Shown here: positions 19,087-29,501 of the stretch, piece after piece
Position numbering within the stretch: the first letter of the stretch is position 1
How the letters are laid out: each line of letters opens with the position of its first letter
Source of the DNA: a virus
Lineage: Duplodnaviria > Caudoviricetes
IMG/VR virus record: IMGVR_UViG_3300037067_001255
Coordinates: 1 to 64,000 of that record
Length of the DNA: 64,000 nt
Reading direction: 5' to 3' (one strand)
The notes under the pieces: model-generated
The model's database searches: none
Seen by the model: only the letters and a program-made list of their open reading frames with translations
What the model was told of the DNA's origin: nothing
Program-made: the position numbers and the translations under genes

Positions 19087-19128
19087 AAGAAAGGGGCCTT
19101 CTGCTTAGAAAGAGGAGGCCCCTTTCTT
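19087..19128. terminator. Hairpin terminator after parB
   Basis: AAGAAAGGGGCCTTCT / AGGAGGCCCCTTTCTT. Confidence 0.7.
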
Positions 19129-19583
19129 ACCAATGGAGGTTTGAATTCATGGAAAAGCAAGAAGGATATGACTGGTATACTAGACTTGTGGAATCTAAGG
19201 ATGAGAATAGATATGTTATTCATGTGGGAGAGGAAACTGAAGATGCATATTGTCTTTCAGATGCTCTACATAGAGCAAGAGAACTAAAGGCATTAAATCT
19301 TCCAGGGTGTAGCAACGAGGTTTGGATTGAGTGCATTCGTACAACTAAGATGAAACACATTCTTGTATGGGGGAAGGCATAATGGCAAAACAAACTACAG
19401 TACAATGGCGTATTTTCGTAGGAACTGATGTAGTGGAGAATATAAGGGGAAAGACTATTCAAACGATCAATGCAAGGGTACGTAGTTTACAAAAGAAGCA
19501 TCCTACAGAGGAGATTACAGTAGAGAAGACTATTACCTCTGTAGAGTATACTACGTATCAGGAGGAAAAAGGAGTAAAGAATG

Positions 19584-19973
19584 ATGAAGGGAGATCAGTA
19601 CCTGCGCTTGATAGGTAAGGCAAAAGAGGAGGCATTAAAGAGTAGTTTTATTTGGTGGAAGATGGGATGTTTGATTGTTAGGGGAGGAAAGGTAATAGGG
19701 AAAGGGCATAATAGATATTCAGGTAAGAGTGAATGGGTATCTAAGAGATATGGGGTATCTTCTTGGTCATTACATGCTGAGGTAGATGCTCTCCTTTCTC
19801 TAGAGGTTGGCCCCGGCGGGGCAACAGTAGTAATAAATGGGGTAAAGCATAATGGAAATCAGATGTTATGTAAGCCTTGTAAGAACTGTCTTAAGATTCT
19901 AAAGTTGGTAGGAGTGGAGAAGATAGTATATGCAACAAAAAGTGGGTACTCAGTAATTATACTGAACCCATAA
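19584..19973 (+). CDS. Zn-dependent cytidine/dCMP deaminase-fold protein
   Basis: GCLIV..GKVIGKGHN, SLHAE, KPCKNC, GVEKIVY. Confidence 0.88.
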   Translation: MKGDQYLRLIGKAKEEALKSSFIWWKMGCLIVRGGKVIGKGHNRYSGKSEWVSKRYGVSSWSLHAEVDALLSLEVGPGGATVVINGVKHNGNQMLCKPCKNCLKILKLVGVEKIVYATKSGYSVIILNP

Positions 19974-20004
19974 ATCATTTATAGTTGAGGAGGAGAATAA
20001 CTAA

Positions 20005-21097
20005 ATGGGAGTAGCAACTGTATGGGTGAATATGAGAGTTCCTATTAGCATGATAGGAGAGGCATGTGCGGGACAATGCAAGTTTCTTTCTAGGTTGTCC
20101 GATGCTAGAGTTTGTGCATTGTTTGATCGGGTTATCTATCCTTCTGAGGATGGGTATCAGAGGTGTCAAGAATGTATTGATTTAGTAAATAAGGAAGACG
20201 AGGAGCAGAGAAATGCTTAGTACCAAGATAGATGGAACTCCTACAGTTAATCCTGATTTACTAGAAAGAACAAGATGTGCGCATTGTGGAGAAGTACATG
20301 GTATTGTTAGATATATGAGGTGTTTCGCCGAATTTCCGGTAAACAGTGACAAGTATTTTACCATCTATGGTAATGTTGCTGTTGGAATTAACGGAGGGAT
20401 CATTGGAAATAACTTTAATTCGGAGGGTAAGTTGGAAAAGGCAAGTATTGTTTGCTATGATTGTTTTGTACAGTATCTAAGACCTACTATCAACGAGGAG
20501 GATAAAGATGGAAAAGGATAAGTTTGCAGAAACAGATCATGGTATGGAAATCATAGATGATAGGCAGATTGTAGATGGTAGGCCTCAACCAGAAAAGAGT
20601 TCAGTACAGGCATACTCTGAACTAAAGAGTAGACTTCTAACGGTGTGGCTAAGGACAAAGCACGGAAGTAGGACAGAAACAGTAGAGCACTTAGGGGAGG
20701 ACTATATCTATACACATCACAAATGTAGTAATTGTAGAAGAACAATCTCCTTAGATACAAGATTTGGTCTCCAACCAAGTATAGGATTTGATAAGTGTAG
20801 GAGGTAGTATAAATCATTTATAGCTGGAGGTAGGTTAGAATGTCAGTAACTATAAGAGATGATGATGCAGTTTCTAAGGAATTTTATATCTATCACAAAG
20901 TAACTGTTAGATATAAGAATGATAGGTATTGTTCGATGTCGTGTTTATTTCTTGATATAGGAGTAGGAACAACGTGCTTGCTCACTGATGAGAAGCTTCA
21001 ATGCGAGAACATTCCTTGTAAAGAAGCAGAGAATGGATTCTCTATGGAGTATGTTAGGTCCCAATGTTGCAAGAATTATTGTAGGGGGTGTTTGTAA
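20005..21097 (+). CDS. Four small Cys-rich hypothetical genes (20005, 20213, 20508, 20840)
   Basis: Coupled ORFs with RBSs and CxxC motifs. Confidence 0.55.
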
Positions 21098-22194
21098 TAA
21101 CAGAGGAGGAAGCAAGAAAGTATATAGAAAGTTGTAATATATACTGGAGTTTGCAAGTAGCCTCAAGGTCTTCCTATGGATTTTTTATGCTGCCCAATTT
21201 TCTATCTCTAAATGTAAAGAAGATAGGGCTAAAAGCAGCAGATTTCTTAGTATATGTATATCTTTGTGCATACCTAAGACCTGGAAATACAACACCATTT
21301 CCCAGTGAAGAGAGGATTGCTAATGATTTAGGGATAGGACTAAGAACAGTAGTTAGAACTATTCAGAGATTAGTCGAAAATGGTATGGTTTCTGTTATCA
21401 AAACTAATAGAAAGAACGGAGTTGGTTCACGAAATAGCTATGATCCTTTGCCAGGATTACACAAAACACTAACAGAGATGTACGAAAAAGACAGTAAATT
21501 TAGGGAATTTCTTGATGATATGGCCTCTAATAGAGAGGAAGATGGTGTCCAAGAAACAGAGCTAAGTGCCAAAATGGCACGTACTCGTATAGGGACTATA
21601 GAAAAGCTAAGTGCCAAAATGGCACACGAAGTATATAACGACTCTAAAGGAAAACAGAATGACGGAGCTAAGGATAAGGAGGAGGAATATAAATCATTTA
21701 TAGTAGTAGATGAAGAGGAGGAAAAGGGGGCTAAACAAGAAAAAGAAACTAGTCCTCTAAAAGTAATAACAGTTAAAGCTCTTAGAGAGGGGAAGGTTTC
21801 TACTCTCTTAGATTACTGGAGGACCCTCTTTGAAACTGTCTTAGGAAGAACTTCCTTAGCAAAGAGAGGCCCCGTTAGTTACGGCAAGCTAAACACGGCC
21901 TTAGAAGTGCTAAGGACACATGCGGACTTAATGGTCATTATGGAATGGGTAGTAGATCGTAGAAAGGAGAATGAGCCAGTTTGGCCTAAGGCAGAAATAA
22001 GAGACCCCACTCTTGGCTTGTTGGCTGGATCAGAGAGGTTGCAAGGTTTCTTAGAAAACATCATGGAGGATGAGTATTGGCGAAGAAGGAGGGCAAAGTT
22101 CAATTCCATTGCACTTGGGGGTCCAGAAGGAATAAAAAAGAAGTTCCAAGAAAAAGAAGCAAGTATTCTACTTAGGGAGTTGAAGAGAAGATGA
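21088..22194 (+). CDS. Phage replication initiator (winged HTH, HTH_36-like)
   Basis: LVYVYL...FPSEERIANDLGIGLRTVVRTIQRLVENGMV...N.Y; upstream of dnaB/dnaG; internal iterons. Confidence 0.8.
   Translation: MFVITEEEARKYIESCNIYWSLQVASRSSYGFFMLPNFLSLNVKKIGLKAADFLVYVYLCAYLRPGNTTPFPSEERIANDLGIGLRTVVRTIQRLVENGMVSVIKTNRKNGVGSRNSYDPLPGLHKTLTEMYEKDSKFREFLDDMASNREEDGVQETELSAKMARTRIGTIEKLSAKMAHEVYNDSKGKQNDGAKDKEEEYKSFIVVDEEEEKGAKQEKETSPLKVITVKALREGKVSTLLDYWRTLFETVLGRTSLAKRGPVSYGKLNTALEVLRTHADLMVIMEWVVDRRKENEPVWPKAEIRDPTLGLLAGSERLQGFLENIMEDEYWRRRRAKFNSIALGGPEGIKKKFQEKEASILLRELKRR
21560..21625 (+). repeat. Iteron pair, candidate replication origin
   Basis: AGCTAAGTGCCAAAATGGCAC at 21560 and 21605, each with internal GTGCCA-AAA-TGGCAC dyad. 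Confidence 0.7.
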
Positions 22195-22771
22195 AAGCTA
22201 TAACAGCGGTAGTTATAGTCTTTGCAGCAGTAACACTGAGCTTCATATTCATAGTATCGTTTAATCCAAAATGTGTAGGTCCACTATGTATTGGATGGTG
22301 TATCCTCTATCTACATTTTTATGTTATCTTTCAGTCCTTAGTAGAGATAGAGTTAAAGCAAAGGATAAAAATAAAGATGGGAATTGAAGGAGTTGAATAG
22401 GAAATGAAGCTAACGAGTAGTTGGTTGATGTTTTGGTTTGGAATGTTTACTACGGTTTTCATAGCATTACCGGGGGAAAAACCTCCTCTGTTGTTCATTT
22501 TACTGCTTGTTGCCTGGGAAGTAGGATATACTGTTTTTTGTATTAGCTTTACAAATGCAGTTATTAAGGAGGAGAAAGAAAGATGAGACTAAAGGAGTGG
22601 ATGATTTCTTGGTTTGGTATTTTGACCTTTTGTATTATGGCAATGATTTCAATGAAACAGTCTCTATTAACTCCAATGTTTCTATGCTGGGTAATTGTAT
22701 TTGTATTGTTTTGCTATTACTTTACTAAGGTAGTTGAAATAGAATTGAAGGAGAGAAAGAAAGATGAGTGA
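22191..22771 (+). CDS. Three tandem small membrane proteins (22191..22400, 22404..22586, 22583..22771)
   Basis: Two hydrophobic segments each; shared VEIELK-type tail. Confidence 0.6.
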
Positions 22772-23244
22772 TAAGACTGTAGGACAGGAGTTCGCAGATA
22801 ACTACCGAAGAGATGCAATAAGTCAAAGGGAAAACTCTCCAGCCGAATCTATTGCAAGCAGTCTAATTGCTATTAGTTGGCAGTTAGCTGAGATGATTTG
22901 TATCTTTAGAGACTCTATGGAAAAAAGTAAGAAGGATGACAGAGGAGGAATGCTATTAGAAGAGGTAAGAAATGTTGGATATAGAATTACAGAGATTGGA
23001 CAAATACTTCGTAATAATACTCCATAGATAGGAGAGATGAATAGTGGTGCATAATGACTATACTGAAATGTGGGTAGCAGCACAGATAATTTCAGCAGTG
23101 TTTCTTATTACATTTTCACTGGCAGTTATGATATATGTAACAGTTCTATACTTTAGGAGGTTAATAGAAATAAAGAGTAGTAAGAAGACAACAAAGTCAG
23201 ATGGCAGGCTGAGGTATAAACTTTATAAGTAGAGAGGAGAAGAA

Positions 23245-23640
23245 ATGTTACACTATCCAAAAGTAGGAGTAGATGTAAGATGTCTGATGCAAGGAAGTCC
23301 TTGGTCTTTGAAATACAGCGTAGACTGGGGAGTTATAAATGATTTATGGAATGAGGATAGGTGCTGGAATGTTCAGGTGTTTTCTCCAAGAGGAGTAGTT
23401 CCTATTAGATTACAATTTCTTGATCTTCCATTCGACTTTCCTTTGGTTTGTAAAGACTTACATGACTGGGAAACAAGAGCATTTATTCATGATGTTAAGA
23501 GGATATTCACTGATGACACATGCCTACTTTCTAATCTGAGATTTCTGACTCGTATGTGGACTGGTGTAGGGGATGTAGCGAAATATGCAAAGGATATTAT
23601 AGATGCGAAAAGCAGACCCAGAAGTCAATTTGCTAAATAA
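23245..23640 (+). CDS. Hypothetical protein
   Basis: RBS; overlaps dnaB start. Confidence 0.55.
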   Translation: MLHYPKVGVDVRCLMQGSPWSLKYSVDWGVINDLWNEDRCWNVQVFSPRGVVPIRLQFLDLPFDFPLVCKDLHDWETRAFIHDVKRIFTDDTCLLSNLRFLTRMWTGVGDVAKYAKDIIDAKSRPRSQFAK

Positions 23641-24895
23641 GTCAATTGAAATAGGAATGCAATCTGCTCTTAGGGTGGGGGTAAAGAGAACTCTTTTCAT
23701 TAGGTGGCAGAATGTGTGGGACTATTGTGAGAAGTTCTTCTTAGAGCATAATACAACTCCTACAATGGATACAGTACAGGAGAAGTTTGAAGTCTTTCCT
23801 TCTGTATCCGTGCCGGAACCACTTGAGCATTATTTCCATGAGGTTGAATGGAGTTATGAAAGGAGTAGATATATTAGATATGTAGATGAACTGAATCAAG
23901 CAATTAAAGAGGACCCGGAGCGATGCAAGAAATTGACTACTGGTCTCTATGCAGACATTGTATGTCGTCCATCATTTATGGATGATATTTCAAGTGGGGA
24001 TTTGAAAGACTCATACAACTTGATTACCTCCTTGGAACAGGATTTTGCTTCAGCAATTCCTACCGGGTTTGATGTGTTGGACGACGAAATTGGTGGGATA
24101 ATGCCAGGAGAGTTCTGGGGAATTATTGGTCCTACCTACACAGGAAAGACTTGGAACCTTCTGAATATTGGTTTGAATTCTGTAAGGAAAGGAAAGAATG
24201 TTTTATTCATAAGCTGTGAGATGATTCCACAGAGAGTGTGGATCAGATTTCTTTCTCTTCTTTTTGAGTTGCCCGCTAAAAGAGTTAGGCAGGGAAGGCT
24301 GACAATACAAGAGAAGAAAACTCTAAAGGGGGCTGTAAAAACAGTAGAGGAACTACCGGGAAAGATTACCATTATCAAACCCAGTTCTCGGGGGATAGCA
24401 TCTATCAGAGAGAAGATTTATCAGTACAATCCAGATATTGTATTGATAGATGCTTGGTATGATCTGGTAGACGAAGACTTGCACATAGCAATGTGGGAGA
24501 AGCTTTCTTTACTCTCTGCAGGCATTAAACGCATTAACTTGGAGACAGGTGTACCTGTTGTAATCACACATCAGATGGGAAGGGCGGGGGCAGAGAGAAG
24601 AAAAGGAGCGAGACTAACAGATATTGCAGGATCATACAATATCAATGGGTGGCTGGATGTAGCATTGGTATTGATGATAAATGATACTCTTAGGAGAACT
24701 TCAGAACTTGGAGTATTAGCACGTAAGATCAGAGACTTTGATCCAATGTCATTTACAGTGAAACTAAATGTGAATGAAGGAGAACCAATGAAAGTGGTAA
24801 GAAGTAGATGGATCATTGAGGATGCAATTGAAGGTCGCGGGGAAAGACTGTCAGATGATGAGTTGGACTCACTGCAAGATAACTCGTTGATTTAA
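23603..24895 (+). CDS. dnaB: DnaB-like replicative helicase
   Basis: IPTGFDVLD, GPTYTGKT Walker A, SCEM, VLIDAW, HQMGR, DIAGS. Confidence 0.92.
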   Translation: MRKADPEVNLLNKSIEIGMQSALRVGVKRTLFIRWQNVWDYCEKFFLEHNTTPTMDTVQEKFEVFPSVSVPEPLEHYFHEVEWSYERSRYIRYVDELNQAIKEDPERCKKLTTGLYADIVCRPSFMDDISSGDLKDSYNLITSLEQDFASAIPTGFDVLDDEIGGIMPGEFWGIIGPTYTGKTWNLLNIGLNSVRKGKNVLFISCEMIPQRVWIRFLSLLFELPAKRVRQGRLTIQEKKTLKGAVKTVEELPGKITIIKPSSRGIASIREKIYQYNPDIVLIDAWYDLVDEDLHIAMWEKLSLLSAGIKRINLETGVPVVITHQMGRAGAERRKGARLTDIAGSYNINGWLDVALVLMINDTLRRTSELGVLARKIRDFDPMSFTVKLNVNEGEPMKVVRSRWIIEDAIEGRGERLSDDELDSLQDNSLI

Positions 24896-24905
24896 GGGTG
24901 ATAGT

Positions 24906-25814
24906 ATGGGTCAAGAACTACAAAGCCTAATAGCAAGTTGGGAGATAGAAGTAAGAAATGTATCAGGAAATGAGATACATTGTCTATGCCCCTTTCATCA
25001 AGATAACAGAGTGTCCTTTTCAATTAACTCACTAACGGGTAAGTGGATTTGCTTCCGGGGCTGCGGAAAAGGATCATTAGAAACCTTAGCAGCAAGACTT
25101 GGAAAGACAATAGATGATTTCTATATTACAGATGATGATATACAATTGAGATTAGAAGATACTATAAGTCAAGAGACTACAGATTTCTTTCGGAAGCATG
25201 TTGGTGGATTTTGTCAATCTGGAACCAAGCTTGGAAAGAAGCTTGAAAGATACATGAAATCCAGGGGAGTATCTTATAATATTGTTAATGAGTTTGATAT
25301 AAGGATAAGTAATGACGAGGAAATTATGTACCCGGTGAGAAGTAGAGATATTGGATCAAGTAGTAAGGTTGTTGGTATACTACTTCAGAGGATTGGAGAG
25401 AAGGCAATCTCTCCCGGATTTGAGAAATCTAACTACTTGTATGGTATGTGTGAAACTAAGAAATGGATAGAATGTGATACGTTTGTAATCTGTGAAGGTC
25501 CTATTGATTTATTGCATATCTATCAAGCAGGATATGCTGGCGGGGCCTTAATGGGATCGTCTATTAGTGATAGACAAGTTCAGTGGGTACTGTCTACAGG
25601 AATAGATGATATTGTGATTTTCACAGATTATGACTTGGCGGGGGTAAGATGCGCAAAAGAGATTGTAGATAAGTTAGTAGCAAAAGGAGTATTACCTTCA
25701 GTAGTAAGATGGCAGGATATTCCAAACAAGAAAATAGGAAGTGATCCTGGAGAGCTTTCACGAAGAGAGATTAGACGACTGGTGGAGAATGCAGAACGTG
25801 TGTCACCAGTATAA
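24906..25814 (+). CDS. dnaG: DnaG-type primase (CHC2 Zn finger + TOPRIM)
   Basis: CPFHQD..SF...W.CFRGCG; CEGPID; D.D.AG. Confidence 0.92.
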   Translation: MGQELQSLIASWEIEVRNVSGNEIHCLCPFHQDNRVSFSINSLTGKWICFRGCGKGSLETLAARLGKTIDDFYITDDDIQLRLEDTISQETTDFFRKHVGGFCQSGTKLGKKLERYMKSRGVSYNIVNEFDIRISNDEEIMYPVRSRDIGSSSKVVGILLQRIGEKAISPGFEKSNYLYGMCETKKWIECDTFVICEGPIDLLHIYQAGYAGGALMGSSISDRQVQWVLSTGIDDIVIFTDYDLAGVRCAKEIVDKLVAKGVLPSVVRWQDIPNKKIGSDPGELSRREIRRLVENAERVSPV

Positions 25815-26430
25815 ATCATTTATAGATAGGAGTTGATTACCGTGGAACAAGAATGTGATGATGGATTTTGTAAGGATTGTCATTACTTAGAATGTGTTGG
25901 TGGTAGTTATACCTGCTTCAATATTGATGGGGCGCCAGAACTTACAAAAGATAAGGATGCTAATATTATTAGACATAAAGACTGTTCTGGGTGGGAAGGG
26001 GAAATAGTAGTAACTAAATTAGAATAGGAGTTGATTGTGATGATTAAGGAACTGGAAGTAATTGTTTCAATAGCAAATGATCCCTTGTGGAGTAGTGGGG
26101 GAATGGAGGAAAATGTAGTAGTTTCTCTATATCCAGAGAACAGGGATGTGGAGAAACTAGCTGAGGATAATGGATGGACTATTACATGTAAACAGTCTAG
26201 ATATTCATTATATCCAATGCTGGGTATTTTAATGAGTTGGGAATATTGTGTTGATAATGGGGTGATTGGCTTTAAGGATTTTTGTGGTAATTCTGATTTT
26301 GACAGTGAGAGATGTATTCTTAAGTGTTTACTGACTTCTGCTGGTGTTGATGTTAGCAGCATAGTCTCTTATCTTAGTCCACTACCAATGGATTATAGGT
26401 TTGTGCTAGAATACCTTGTGGGATAGGGCC

Positions 26431-26459
26431 TTGACATATATAGGGGTATGTGGTATAAT
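26431..26459 (+). promoter_or_regulatory. Consensus sigma70 promoter
   Basis: TTGACA-17 bp-TATAAT with TGn extended -10. Confidence 0.85.
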
Positions 26460-26478
26460 ATACATACTGGAGGTATCA

Positions 26479-26919
26479 ATGCTAATAGTTAAGTGTGATG
26501 GTGCGGGGCCACAAAAAAATAAAAGAGGTTGTTCAGTAGCAGTGTTGTGGAATACCGATGTTATCCATCCAGAAGAACCTCCACTAAAATACAAAAGGAA
26601 AATTCTGGTAAACTATACCACAGTGATGTTGGAGTATATGGCAGTTCTCTTGGGGCTAAGACTTATCTCAGAGTTTGTAGAGGATGAGGGAATACCTAAT
26701 ACAGAGGCTATTGTGTTTTCAGATAGCAATTGTGTGGTATTTCAGTTAATGGGAATCTGGCAAGTAACTCACCTATCACACATAAGACTAAAGGAAAGAA
26801 TTCTAGAAAAGACGAGAGAGTTGATAGATAGAGGAGTAGCTATATCCTTTATGTGGTGCCCGAGAAGTATGAATAGAGAAGCAGATGACTACGCAGGTAC
26901 ATCTCTTAGGAGAAAGTAA
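26479..26919 (+). CDS. Ribonuclease HI family protein
   Basis: CDGA, EYMAVLLGL, SDSNCVVFQLMG.W, WCPRSMNREAD; GGAGG RBS. Confidence 0.85.
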   Translation: MLIVKCDGAGPQKNKRGCSVAVLWNTDVIHPEEPPLKYKRKILVNYTTVMLEYMAVLLGLRLISEFVEDEGIPNTEAIVFSDSNCVVFQLMGIWQVTHLSHIRLKERILEKTRELIDRGVAISFMWCPRSMNREADDYAGTSLRRK

Positions 26920-26920
26920 T

Positions 26921-28420
26921 ATGTTCAAAGGAGAATTATATAGATACCAAGTAGATGATGTAGCAAGGATGCTAAAGATGGGTAGTGGGATAAATGCAAC
27001 AGCTTGTGGATTAGGTAAGACGGTAGAAACTATAGCAATGTGTGAGTTTCTACACAAAAAGCAAAAGGTGGAGAATGTACTAATCTTCTGTCCTCGTCCA
27101 TCGGAATGGGTAAGAATGATTGGTATATTCTCAGATAGTTCAGTTGTAGAATACAAAGGGGGGCCACAACAAAGAAAGAAGTTGGCAGATACCTTCTTAG
27201 CAGGACTTCCCTTTTACTTAGTTACTACACAAGGTTTGGTTCTACAAGACTTTGATGTTAAGTTGTTCAGAGCAATAACGAGTAGAGAGACTGTCTTGGT
27301 ATTTGATGAGGCACATAGAATTAAGAATAGGAAGTCACGAAGATCAGCAGCAATGAAGGGGCTGGGGCTAAAAGCAGGAGTACGATTAGCACTAACAGCA
27401 ACACCAATCTGGAATAGGGCAGATGATCTCTTTGGAATAATGGAATGGGTGGATAAGGATTTCTTTGGATTGTGGGGGCAATTCAAAGAGGATTACTTAG
27501 TAACAAACAGGTTCGGGAAAATAGTAGACTACAAAAATCTGGATGGTTTGTATAAAGAGGTGCAACCGTGCATGGTACGGCGTACCTATGATAGTCCAGA
27601 GGTTTCGGAGCAGATTCCCGAATTGATCGAAGAGGTATTACCTCTATCACCCGGAAGGGATCAGCAGAAGTTTCTCGATTATTGTGTTAGAATAATCAAG
27701 GGTCAATTAGATGAGTTAATGGAAAGTGGGGAATGGGACGGAAAGAATGTAAGAGCGGGTTCGGTATTCAAGTTCTTAGTGTTCTTAGATCGTGTAGGGA
27801 TTGATCCACAGTATACAGAGGAGCAAGTACCAGAAGAACTAAAGCCATTCTTTGAGTTTGAAGATGGTAGTGGAAGTATAGAAGGGATAAAGGTAACAGA
27901 GACATTAAATCTTATAAATGATATTGTACTAACCGGGGAGAGTGTGGTAGTCTTTTGTAGGTACCTATCAGGACTAAGAGCAGTGAGAAATAGACTACCG
28001 GCAAAGTATAAATCATTTATATATACTGGGAAGCAGACTGAAACAGAGAAGGCAGTACAGTTAGCAAGGTTCAGAGACGAAGCAACAAAACAAGGAGCAG
28101 TTCTTTTAGCCTCAGATGCGGGGAAGGAATCAATCAATGTACCAGAGGCAAAGTATGTAATCAACATAGATGTACCTTGGGGCCACTCAGAGTATGTGCA
28201 GAGAATATCTCGTATTAGAAGAGTAGATTCAAGAAACAAAACAGTTGTAGCAATACAACTTCTAATTCCTGGATTAGATGAATACAAGTTCTTAACCTCA
28301 CAATGGAAGGGAAATGTTTCAGATCAAGTTGTCGACGGGGCCGAAGAACAAGGAAAGAAGCCAAAGATTCTAGATTTCTTAGTAGATAACAAAACGAAGT
28401 TTGATGGGAGGATTGTTTGA
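26921..28420 (+). CDS. SNF2-family helicase
   Basis: LYRYQ, GLGKT, DEAH, ALTATPIWN, QRISRIRR. Confidence 0.92.
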   Translation: MFKGELYRYQVDDVARMLKMGSGINATACGLGKTVETIAMCEFLHKKQKVENVLIFCPRPSEWVRMIGIFSDSSVVEYKGGPQQRKKLADTFLAGLPFYLVTTQGLVLQDFDVKLFRAITSRETVLVFDEAHRIKNRKSRRSAAMKGLGLKAGVRLALTATPIWNRADDLFGIMEWVDKDFFGLWGQFKEDYLVTNRFGKIVDYKNLDGLYKEVQPCMVRRTYDSPEVSEQIPELIEEVLPLSPGRDQQKFLDYCVRIIKGQLDELMESGEWDGKNVRAGSVFKFLVFLDRVGIDPQYTEEQVPEELKPFFEFEDGSGSIEGIKVTETLNLINDIVLTGESVVVFCRYLSGLRAVRNRLPAKYKSFIYTGKQTETEKAVQLARFRDEATKQGAVLLASDAGKESINVPEAKYVINIDVPWGHSEYVQRISRIRRVDSRNKTVVAIQLLIPGLDEYKFLTSQWKGNVSDQVVDGAEEQGKKPKILDFLVDNKTKFDGRIV

Positions 28421-28950
28421 TGCCTTCTACTAATGTAGGATGTGGGGATATTCAAGAACTTCCCAATGGTAAGATTATTGCTGGAAATACCAATCTACCA
28501 CCTTTAGTGAGTGAAGAAAAAATAGAAGGGTTAACTCCAGCACAGTGGGTAAATGGTGAAATTCTTAGTTTGGAAGTAGAAGCACACCAGTGTGTACTTT
28601 GTCGTAGATTGTGGCTAAGAAAACTTGCAGCAGATTTATGTTGCCATGAAGGTAAAATGGCTATTAAGAAGAAGGTGGAAGATGCCCAGTAGAAAGATAG
28701 AAGCTTATGAGTGTACAGTATGTGGTATGGTTTATAAAACAGAGGAGGCAGCTAATAGGTGTCACGATAATAAGAAGAGTGAAGGTTATCAGAAGGTGGG
28801 AGGAGAGAACAGGACATTCTTTCCAGATGGGAAACCTCGAATAATGTCAGGAAGAGTAACAAACATTACTCCAAAAGATAAAGACTTTCTTAATGATGTT
28901 AGTAACGAAGATGATTTTCCAACATGGAACGGAAAGAAAAGAGGAGACTA

Positions 28951-29499
28951 ATGCCAAGAGACCTTAGTAGTTTGGGCAAGAAGAAGGAAATTGAACACAA
29001 GGAACTTGAGTTGACAGAACCAGAAAAAAAGGTATTAAAGAGCAATAAGAATGATGTAGATTCTACTCCTTCAGAGGTTCCAGCAGACGTATCTAATCTG
29101 ATTGAGGAATATCTAACTCTAAAGAAGGCAGAGAAGGATATTGCTGCTCAGATTAAGAATATGAAGCCTCAAGTAGAAAAGATTGCAGAAAAGATTTGGC
29201 AGAAAGATGTAGAAGGAAAACCATTCTTGTGGTCACGGTCACAGGATATGGGAATTCGTCTAACAACTCGTGGTGGGGGAAGGGTGTTAGATGATGTGCG
29301 GGCTATGGAATATGCAAAAGGGAGGAACTTAGATTGTATTAACGTAGTAGAAAGTTTGAATGTGGACAAGTTTACTGCGTTAGCTAAACAGGAAGTGATT
29401 CCGGTGGAAGTTCTTAGTTCACTAATGATTCCAGGACCTCCTCCAACAAAGGTAGCAATGATTATTGATAAGAAACCGGCAGTATCGGATGAGGAATAA
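28951..29499 (+). CDS. Hypothetical coiled-coil phage protein
   Basis: GAGGAG RBS; EEYLTLKKAEKDIAAQIK coiled coil. Confidence 0.6.
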   Translation: MPRDLSSLGKKKEIEHKELELTEPEKKVLKSNKNDVDSTPSEVPADVSNLIEEYLTLKKAEKDIAAQIKNMKPQVEKIAEKIWQKDVEGKPFLWSRSQDMGIRLTTRGGGRVLDDVRAMEYAKGRNLDCINVVESLNVDKFTALAKQEVIPVEVLSSLMIPGPPPTKVAMIIDKKPAVSDEE

Positions 29500-29501
29500 C
29501 T

